From Oscillospiraceae bacterium (GTDB taxonomy: Bacteria; Bacillota; Clostridia; Oscillospirales; JAKOTC01), in assembly GCA_035353335.1 (NCBI GenBank), contig DAOPZJ010000004.1, forward strand, positions 15,555-79,554: a stretch of DNA of 64,000 nt, given 5' to 3'. Under the pieces are notes generated by a model. It had not been told where the DNA came from. It did not search any database and worked only from the letters and a program-made list of their open reading frames with translations. The position numbers and the translations under genes were made by a program. Each line of letters opens with the position of its first letter. Positions within the stretch are counted from its first letter, which is position 1. Shown here piece after piece: positions 8,845 through 15,680 of the stretch.

Positions 8845-10134
8845 ATGATTCAGATTAAGCGCGCCGACTGCAATTTCGAACGGGAGCCGTTGGTTGCGCC
8901 GTTCGGATTCAAGGGCGGTTATGTCAACGAAATTTGGCAGGCGGCGGCACGGCTCGAAAGCGAATCGGGGCAGAGCGGTGTCGGGCTTGCGATTCAGAGC
9001 ATCCTGTGGTCGGACGCGGCGGTGTTTGCCGCCAATCTGCCGACCGCGGGCAACGCGCTGATGTACCTGATGACCGCGTTTGCGTTGCAAAAAGCCAAAA
9101 AGATCTCGTTCGAGACCCCGACGGATCTGCTCGAAAAGCTCTATCCGCTGACACTCGAATACGGCAAAAAAGTCACGGGCAACCCGAATCTTCGCCCGAC
9201 TTTTGCGCTGAATGCGCTGGTCGCGGTGGACAACGCCGCGTGGCTTCTGTATGCCCGCGAAAAGGGGATTACGAATTTCGACGACCTGGTCCCGGACGAC
9301 GTCAAACCCGCGCTCACGACAAGGCACGAAAAGCTCTCCGCAATCCCGCTGATCACCTACGGCATCTCGATGTCCGATGTGGTTAAGACGCTCGACGAGG
9401 GGTGCTTCTTCCTCAAGGTCAAGATCGGCTCCGACCCCGAGAAGAACGGAGACCTCAACAAGATGGTCGAGTGGGATAAAAAGCGGCTTTCGGACATTCA
9501 CGAGGCGGCCAAAAACCGCACGACGCCCTACACCGCTGACGGTAAAATCCCGTATTACCTTGACGCCAACGGGCGGTATGATAACAAAGACCGCTTGCTC
9601 CGGCTGCTCGACCACGCCGATAAAATCGGCGCTCTGGAGCGGATTATGCTGCTTGAAGAGCCGTTCCCCGAGGACTATTTGGCCGATGTGAGTGATATTC
9701 CGGTGCGGCTTGCGGCGGACGAGAGCGCACATTCCGATGTGGATGCAAAAGAGCGCATTGATCTCGGGTACAAGGCCATCGCTTTGAAACCGATCGCCAA
9801 GACCCTGAGCATGAGTTTTAAGATTTTAAAGATCACCTATGAGCGCAAGATTCCGTGTTTCTGCGCCGATTTGACTGTCAGCCCCGTGATGATCGATTGG
9901 AACAAAAATATCGCGTCGCGTTTGGTTCCGCTGCCCGGTATGAACATCGGCGTGCTCGAGACCAACGGACATCAAAATTACACCCGCTGGGAGACGTTGA
10001 AGTCCTTCCATCCGTGCGCAGGCGCACCGTGGACGGAGGTCAAAGGCGGCACGTTCACACTCAATAAGGACTTTTACGACCGCAGCGGCGGCATTTTCCT
10101 GAGAAGCGAGCACTACGAGAATTTAGTGAAATAA
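8845..10134 (+). CDS. Enolase-superfamily enzyme (mandelate racemase/muconate-lactonizing-enzyme-like)
   Basis: FLKVKIG (KxK), YLDANGRY, LLEEPF and LAADES resemble the metal-ligand and acid/base motifs of the MR/MLE subgroup. The substrate cannot be assigned. Confidence 0.65.
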   Translation: MIQIKRADCNFEREPLVAPFGFKGGYVNEIWQAAARLESESGQSGVGLAIQSILWSDAAVFAANLPTAGNALMYLMTAFALQKAKKISFETPTDLLEKLYPLTLEYGKKVTGNPNLRPTFALNALVAVDNAAWLLYAREKGITNFDDLVPDDVKPALTTRHEKLSAIPLITYGISMSDVVKTLDEGCFFLKVKIGSDPEKNGDLNKMVEWDKKRLSDIHEAAKNRTTPYTADGKIPYYLDANGRYDNKDRLLRLLDHADKIGALERIMLLEEPFPEDYLADVSDIPVRLAADESAHSDVDAKERIDLGYKAIALKPIAKTLSMSFKILKITYERKIPCFCADLTVSPVMIDWNKNIASRLVPLPGMNIGVLETNGHQNYTRWETLKSFHPCAGAPWTEVKGGTFTLNKDFYDRSGGIFLRSEHYENLVK

Positions 10135-10148
10135 AGAGGTGAATTCGC

Positions 10149-11093
10149 ATGGCCAATTACGTGAAAATCAGCGCGATCGGCCCAGCAAGGCGGGAAGTGG
10201 ACCGGAACATGGAAATAAACCGGTGCGTCCAAGACATGATGGATTACTGGGACGGGCTGCTTTCGGATGTTTTAGTTGAAAAGCCCGATCTGATCGTGCT
10301 GCCCGAGGCCTGCGACCAGCCCTGCAACCTGACGCCTGAGCGTCGCATGGCCTATTTCGAGGCAAGAGGCGACCGTTTCCGCGACCGCTTTATGAAAATC
10401 GCACGCGAAAACCGGTGCAATATCGCCTATTGCGCTTATCGCACCCTGCCCGACAGCACGATGCGCAACTCCCTCCAGTTTATCAACCGCAACGGCGGCA
10501 TCGACGGCATCTATGATAAAAATTATCTGGTGATCGGGGAGCATACCGAGGAAAAGATCGCATACGGGCGTGAAATTGCGGTGGTGAACACCGATTTCGG
10601 TACGGTCGGTGGGATCATCTGCTTTGACTTGAACTATGACGAACTGCGTTTGCGGTATCAAAAAAACCCGCCCGAATTGATGGTATTTTCATCGATGTAC
10701 CACGGCGGAATGATGCAGAACGTCTGGGCATATTCCTGCCGGTCGTATCTGGTCAGCGCCATCGCGGGGCCGCCCTGTCAGATCATCTCGCCGCAGGGCG
10801 TTGCGATTGCCGCCTCGACCAATTACACCAACCACGTCACCGCAACGATCAATTTGGATTACGCGCTTGCGCATATGGATGATAACCTTGGCAAACTGCA
10901 CGCGCTCAAGCAGAAGTACGGCCCCAAGGTCACAATCTTTGACCCGGGGTATCTCGGGAGCGTGCTGATCACCAGCGAGACCGACGAGCGCTCCGCTGCC
11001 GACATGGTAGCGGAGTTCGAAATCGAACTGCTCGATGACTATTTCGCCCGTTCGACCAAAGCAAGAGAGGAATCGTTACGGAAGAAAAAGTAA
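10149..11093 (+). CDS. Carbon-nitrogen hydrolase (nitrilase superfamily) protein
   Basis: LIVLPEA (catalytic Glu context), a Lys-containing middle segment and GGIICFDLNY (catalytic Cys context). Confidence 0.7.
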   Translation: MANYVKISAIGPARREVDRNMEINRCVQDMMDYWDGLLSDVLVEKPDLIVLPEACDQPCNLTPERRMAYFEARGDRFRDRFMKIARENRCNIAYCAYRTLPDSTMRNSLQFINRNGGIDGIYDKNYLVIGEHTEEKIAYGREIAVVNTDFGTVGGIICFDLNYDELRLRYQKNPPELMVFSSMYHGGMMQNVWAYSCRSYLVSAIAGPPCQIISPQGVAIAASTNYTNHVTATINLDYALAHMDDNLGKLHALKQKYGPKVTIFDPGYLGSVLITSETDERSAADMVAEFEIELLDDYFARSTKAREESLRKKK

Positions 11094-11113
11094 AACGGTC
11101 TTTATAAAAATTG

Positions 11114-11141
11114 GAGCCGGTTTCCTTTCGAAAACCGGCTC
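11114..11141. terminator. Hairpin terminator between the convergent CN-hydrolase and heliorhodopsin genes
   Basis: GAGCCGGTTT cctttcg AAAACCGGCTC. The T-run is on the minus-strand side (CAATTTTTAT), so it is best placed to terminate the heliorhodopsin transcript. Confidence 0.55.
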
Positions 11142-11156
11142 TCATATTGTAATATA

Positions 11157-11183
11157 GGGCGGAATGAGGGCATCCCGCCCTAC
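11157..11183 (-). repeat. REP-like element, copy 2
   Basis: The minus strand reads GTAGGGCGGGATGCCCTCATTCCGCCC. Confidence 0.6.
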
Positions 11184-11209
11184 TTATCGCTTATATAATG
11201 ATCTTTATT

Positions 11210-11989
11210 TTACGGCTGCATGGCGCCGAACAGGACCAGCCAGGCCAAAACGGACTTTGCTGCCAAGCTGAGAACGATGTAGATGCGCTCGCCGTGCAGA
11301 TAATCCACCCACTTGCCGACGCGTTTATACTGTAAAATCATATTGATCGGGAAGGTGTTGAACGCCACGAAATAAGTGCCGACAATCGCCCAGACAAACC
11401 ACGGAACCATGTCGTAATTGCCGGTTCCGGTCATGTACAGAATGATCACAACCCACGGCGCGATACCGGCGATCGAGCCCCAGACAAACGGACCCCAGTT
11501 GACCTTTTTCTTCTCCGCACCGGCGTTCAGCTGCTCCATCACGAGGCCGAACAGATTCATGGTAGCGTTGACAACGAAAATCAGAATCAAAGTGGCGATG
11601 TCGTAGATGCCGAACAGGGTGCTGATGAGCACGATCATAATCGACGAGCTCAGGGCGTATTCGAACCAGCGGAATTTGTTGATGCCTTTTTGCAGATCGC
11701 TGACATAAGTCTTGCCATTCAGGACGATGAGGGCGTGGGCGGCCGCCGAGATCAGCAAAAACACGGCGACCAGAATACCGAAGGGCAATTTGAAAAGCTC
11801 CCTGCTCGCCGATTCGAGCGACTGCGTGGCGGGGTTATAGGTGAGGTAATTCTGTGTAATTACCGGTTGAAACTCGGCGATTTTTTGAATCACATTCGTG
11901 GCGAGAAACAGCATAGCGATACCCTGAACCAGATGAAACGCACCCATAATCAGGTTGAAGCGTTTGAGTTTTGTAAACGTGTTTTCCAT
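11210..11989 (-). CDS. Heliorhodopsin (type-1-like 7-TM retinal protein with inverted topology)
   Basis: 259 aa. FRWFEYALSSSIMIVLI and GERIYIVLSLAAKSVLAW closely match what I recall of heliorhodopsin 48C12 (FRWVEYSLSSSVMIVLI; GERAYIVLSLVAKSALAW). The Schiff-base Lys (K245), counterion Glu (E110) and His19/His85 are all present. An AAAGGAGG RBS precedes the ATG. Confidence 0.85.
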   Translation of the reverse strand: MENTFTKLKRFNLIMGAFHLVQGIAMLFLATNVIQKIAEFQPVITQNYLTYNPATQSLESASRELFKLPFGILVAVFLLISAAAHALIVLNGKTYVSDLQKGINKFRWFEYALSSSIMIVLISTLFGIYDIATLILIFVVNATMNLFGLVMEQLNAGAEKKKVNWGPFVWGSIAGIAPWVVIILYMTGTGNYDMVPWFVWAIVGTYFVAFNTFPINMILQYKRVGKWVDYLHGERIYIVLSLAAKSVLAWLVLFGAMQP

Positions 11990-12050
11990 TTAGACGGCCT
12001 CCTTTAACGGTTTTATGGCTTGATTTTAATAGGAAAAACACATTTTATCC

Positions 12051-12063
12051 GTGATTTTATCAC
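12051..12063 (-). promoter_or_regulatory. Extended -10 (TGaTAAAAT) embedded in palindrome GTGATAAAATCAC, upstream of the heliorhodopsin gene
   Basis: The minus strand reads TTGTGATAAAATCACGG about 65 nt upstream of the ATG. The -35 is weak. Confidence 0.35.
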
Positions 12064-12088
12064 AATATGGAAAGGATTTTAGCAAAAA

Positions 12089-12116
12089 TAAAAGCGCCTA
12101 ACGACGCTTTTTTATT
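12089..12116 (-). terminator. Terminator after nadE, separating it from the heliorhodopsin gene
   Basis: AAAAGCG / CGCTTTT hairpin with T-runs on both strands. Confidence 0.55.
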
Positions 12117-12152
12117 GATTTTTCTTTTCGAGCACCCTCCATAAAGGGAAAT

Positions 12153-14120
12153 TTATTGAATCTGTTTTTCAAGAGCAGTAATACGCTTAAGCCAAGAAGC
12201 TGCCGAGGCGTCAGAGGGCATTCTCCAGTCGCCGCGCGGGGACAGGGAGACGCTGCCCACTTTGACCCCGTCGGGCAGGCAGCTTCGTTTATACTGCTGC
12301 GCAAAGAACCGCGTGTAGAAAACCCGCAGCCACTTTAAAATGGTCTTGTTGTCAAACTCGCCCCTGAACGCTAATGCGGCCAGATAAAAAATCTTTTCGG
12401 GTTCGAAACCGAAGCGCATGACATAGTAAAGGAAGAAATCATGCAGCGCATAAGGGCCGACGATGTCCTCGGTCTGCTGTGCGATTTTGCCGTCTGCATT
12501 GGGCGGGAGCAGTTCTGGGCTGATCGGCGTGTCAAGAATGTCACGGAGCACTTCGGTGCTTTTTTCAAAGATGTTATATTGGATAATGCCATCGATCATC
12601 CATCGAATCAGCGTCTTCGGAATACTGCCGTTGACATTGTACATGCTCATATGGTCGGCATTGTAGGTACACCAGCCGAGTGCGAGCTCGCTGAGGTCAC
12701 CGGTTCCGACGACAAGCCCTCCGACTTCGCCGGCGTAATCCATCAACACCTGGGTGCGCTCGCGGGCCTGCGTGTTTTCAAAGGTGAGGTCGTGCTTGTT
12801 GATATCGTGGCCGATACTTTGATAGTGCAGCTCGCAGGCCTGCTTGATGTCGATCTCTTTGCTTGTGACGCCGAGGGTCTTCATCAGTTCAAGCGAGTTT
12901 TGATAGGTGCGGTCCGAAGTGCCGAAACAGGGCATGGTAATGCCGATTACATCCGTCAGCGGGCGTTTTAATTCCCGCATGACCTCGGCGCTGACCAGCA
13001 GGGCAAGCGTGGAATCGAGCCCGCCGGAGACGCCGACGACGGCCTTGCCCTTGGTATGCTCAAGGCGCTTTTTCAGCCCCGCGACCTGCATTCGGAAGAT
13101 GTTCAGACAGCGTTCGAGGCGATCTTTTTGGGTGGGTGGGACAAACGGCAGTTTGCGCAGGGGATATAAGGTGCCGTCGCCGTGGAAGTCACTTTTTGAA
13201 TCTGTAATATCAATAGTGCGAACAGGTTCGCTGACCCCGTAGAGGTCGACGCTGTCTTTGAAGCTCTTGTTTTTCATGCGGTCTGCGCGGATTCTGCCGA
13301 GGTCGATGTCCGAAACAAGTAAATAATCGGTGTCGATCAGCTGCTCATTTTCGCGGAGCAGCGCGCCGTTTTCCGCGATCAGCGAATGACCCGAATAGAT
13401 CAGATCGGTGGTTGACTCGGTGCCTCCCGCGGAACAGTAGACATAACCGCAGAGGGTGCGGCCCGACTGCTGCTTGACGAGATCACGGCGGTATTCTCTC
13501 TTGGCGATGATCTCGTTGCTGCAGGAGATATTCACAATCAATTCCGCGCCTCCGAGCGCTAAAAACGTGCTCGGCGGGATCGGCACCCAGAGGTCTTCGC
13601 AGATCTCGACGCCTATACGGAGGCGGTTATTCAAATTGAAAACGAGGCCTCTTCCGATGGGGATGTCGTAGATCTCGGAGATACCAAATAGCGAAGAGGA
13701 CAAAACTTTTTCTTTGAGGTCGCAGGAAGTCGAAAACCATCTGCGCTCGTAAAATTCGCTGTAGTTGGGCATAAAGGTCTTCGGCACAATCCCTTCGATC
13801 CTGCCATGATTGATCACAATCGCGCAGTTATAGAGCTGATTTTGAACGGTGACCGGCATTCCGACCACGGTAATAAAATCCCAAGAACGCGACGCCTCGA
13901 GAAGTTTAATAAGCGCTTTATTCGCTTCGTCGAGCAGCGTTTTTTGAAAGAACAGATCAGCGCAGGTATACCCGGAGATGCAGAGTTCCGGGAACACCAA
14001 CAGATCGGCTTTTGCCTCCTGGGCCTGTTTGGCTTTATTTAAAATTTGAGACAGGTTATATTCGACATCGCCCACGCCGACATTCGGGACGGCGCTCGCG
14101 GCTCGGATAAAATCAAACAT
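12153..14120 (-). CDS. nadE: Glutamine-dependent NAD+ synthetase (N-terminal CN-hydrolase domain plus C-terminal NAD synthase domain)
   Basis: 655 aa. LLVFPELCISGY and GVEICEDLW mark the glutaminase domain. VVGVSGGLDSTLAL is the PP-loop SGGxDS motif. Confidence 0.9.
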   Translation of the reverse strand: MFDFIRAASAVPNVGVGDVEYNLSQILNKAKQAQEAKADLLVFPELCISGYTCADLFFQKTLLDEANKALIKLLEASRSWDFITVVGMPVTVQNQLYNCAIVINHGRIEGIVPKTFMPNYSEFYERRWFSTSCDLKEKVLSSSLFGISEIYDIPIGRGLVFNLNNRLRIGVEICEDLWVPIPPSTFLALGGAELIVNISCSNEIIAKREYRRDLVKQQSGRTLCGYVYCSAGGTESTTDLIYSGHSLIAENGALLRENEQLIDTDYLLVSDIDLGRIRADRMKNKSFKDSVDLYGVSEPVRTIDITDSKSDFHGDGTLYPLRKLPFVPPTQKDRLERCLNIFRMQVAGLKKRLEHTKGKAVVGVSGGLDSTLALLVSAEVMRELKRPLTDVIGITMPCFGTSDRTYQNSLELMKTLGVTSKEIDIKQACELHYQSIGHDINKHDLTFENTQARERTQVLMDYAGEVGGLVVGTGDLSELALGWCTYNADHMSMYNVNGSIPKTLIRWMIDGIIQYNIFEKSTEVLRDILDTPISPELLPPNADGKIAQQTEDIVGPYALHDFFLYYVMRFGFEPEKIFYLAALAFRGEFDNKTILKWLRVFYTRFFAQQYKRSCLPDGVKVGSVSLSPRGDWRMPSDASAASWLKRITALEKQIQ

Positions 14121-14160
14121 AGCACGACCATCCTTTGCAGAAAGATTCGTTTGAGATGGT

Positions 14161-14215
14161 ATAGTGAAGCCACTAAAAAATCAAATACGAGAATAAGCGG
14201 TAAGTGGCTTCACAT
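14161..14215. repeat. GTGAAGCC...GGCTTCAC palindromic element, copy 1
   Basis: ATAGTGAAGCCACT-N-AGTGGCTTCACAT. Its interior is about 70-75% identical, in reverse complement, to the copies at 54849 and 55851. Confidence 0.7.
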
Positions 14216-14218
14216 TGG

Positions 14219-14265
14219 GTAAAACCACTTTAATTTTGCCTTGAATTAAAAGTGGTTTTACTATA
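14219..14265. repeat. Diverged copy of the same palindromic element (GTAAAACCACTT...AAGTGGTTTTAC), tandem to copy 1
   Basis: A 13-bp inverted repeat flanked by TATA. Confidence 0.55.
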
Positions 14266-14376
14266 ATTCGGCTGGCGGAAGAGAGTTTTTATCCCGCCTG
14301 ATTCATTATACCATATTATTGCATAAATTACACCTAGGCAAATCTACTGCATTATGTAGGTGCTGTCCATTCTTTT

Positions 14377-14850
14377 TCAGGGCCGGGCGTACATCCTTTT
14401 AACGGCGTCTCGGATCTCCTGATAACTTGTGCAGCGACAGAGGTTGGACTGAAGCCAGTCTTCAATGACGATTTCATCGGGCAATATCGGTTTTTGCGTT
14501 TTGAGCGCATAGCAGACCATTAAAAAGCCCGAGGTGCAGTAGCCGCACTGGAAAGCATCGGCGTCAATAAAGGCCTTTTGAATCGCGGCAGTGCCGCCGA
14601 GACCTTCGACCGTCAAAATCTCGTGCCCCTCCGCTTCGACCGCGAGCAGCAGGCATGATTTATTCGGCCAGCCGTCGACCATCACAGTGCAGGCCCCGCA
14701 ATCGCCGTTCAGGCAGCCCGGTTTTGCAGCGGTCAATCCAAGCTGTTCCCGCAGTACGTCGAGCAGGATGTCCGACGGGCGCACCATAACTTCGTGCGTT
14801 TCTCCGTTGATGTTTAAAGATACCACAACCTTGCCCTCATATCGAACCAT
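14377..14850 (-). CDS. Xanthine dehydrogenase family [2Fe-2S]-binding small subunit
   Basis: CLNGDCGACTV and CGYCTSG cysteine motifs. Confidence 0.85.
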   Translation of the reverse strand: MVRYEGKVVVSLNINGETHEVMVRPSDILLDVLREQLGLTAAKPGCLNGDCGACTVMVDGWPNKSCLLLAVEAEGHEILTVEGLGGTAAIQKAFIDADAFQCGYCTSGFLMVCYALKTQKPILPDEIVIEDWLQSNLCRCTSYQEIRDAVKRMYARP

Positions 14851-15676
14851 TTTCCCATTCCTCCAACAATGTTTTCAAAGAGTTTTTAAAAACAAAAAGA
14901 CGGTATTCGCCTGAACCCTCCGGATCGCTGTACGGAGGTTCCGGTAATAATCCGGCGGCCTCTTCCGCGCGAACGGCGCAGGGCTTTCTGTGGTCATTCA
15001 GGACGGTCTCAATCTCTGTGCTTCGAAACGGATGAGAGCAGACCCCCGAAAACGCGGTACGGAGTTTGCTGCCCTTCCAAAGCGCGGCGACGGTGACGAG
15101 CGGATAATCGATTTTCTCATTCGCGGATTTTTTTTGATGGGCATGACGTGCGATCAGTGCCCAGAGCGGAATTTGAACCCGCATGACAAATTCGTCCGGA
15201 CAGCGCTCCAGGCGTCCGTGAAACACATTGCGAAACGGTGCGACGCGTTTTCCCTTCGGACCGAAAAAGATGATTTGGGCTTCGGAGAGCATCAGGGGCA
15301 GCGAGGTCTCCCGATAGATGATCGTGCCGCAAAGATTTCCGCCGAGCGTGATCCGGCACTGGTTGGTATGGTCGGCGATTCTGCCGCCGGCCAAACGCAT
15401 CAGCGGAAACAAATTGGATTCGCTGATTTGACTCAGCGTACAGGCCGAGCCGATATACAGATATTCGTCGTCTTTAGATAACACACGGCACTCGGGGATA
15501 TTTTTGATGTCGATCACGGCGTCCGGGCGAATCGCTCCTGCCCGGCTCATTGAAATGATCTCGCTGCCGCCTCCGTAATAAAGCGGGATTTTTCCTTCCG
15601 CCGCAAGAGACGAATAGATGTCCGCGGCTTCCTTGAGGGTATCGGGACGGCAATATATAAAATTAAACGGAATCAT
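14837..15676 (-). CDS. Xanthine dehydrogenase family FAD-binding medium subunit
   Basis: The track ORF extends to 15955, but that extension overlaps the upstream gene. The ATG at 15676 gives MIPFNFIYCRPDTLKEA...YYGGGSEI, a typical CoxM/XdhB-like N-terminus starting 5 nt after the large-subunit stop. Confidence 0.8.
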   Translation of the reverse strand: MIPFNFIYCRPDTLKEAADIYSSLAAEGKIPLYYGGGSEIISMSRAGAIRPDAVIDIKNIPECRVLSKDDEYLYIGSACTLSQISESNLFPLMRLAGGRIADHTNQCRITLGGNLCGTIIYRETSLPLMLSEAQIIFFGPKGKRVAPFRNVFHGRLERCPDEFVMRVQIPLWALIARHAHQKKSANEKIDYPLVTVAALWKGSKLRTAFSGVCSHPFRSTEIETVLNDHRKPCAVRAEEAAGLLPEPPYSDPEGSGEYRLFVFKNSLKTLLEEWENGSI

Positions 15677-15680
15677 GGGT

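Noticed and set aside
11990-14120. nadE and the heliorhodopsin gene forming one operon.
   Set aside because: A hairpin with flanking T-runs (12089..12116) and a separate extended -10 promoter candidate lie between them, so co-transcription is not supported by the sequence. The adjacency is noted only as a hypothesis to test.
14121-14376. A possible NAD+ riboswitch in the nadE leader.
   Set aside because: The structured sequences here are copies of a repeat family that also occurs next to unrelated genes. I cannot match the nadA or pnuC motif consensus from memory, so no riboswitch is called.
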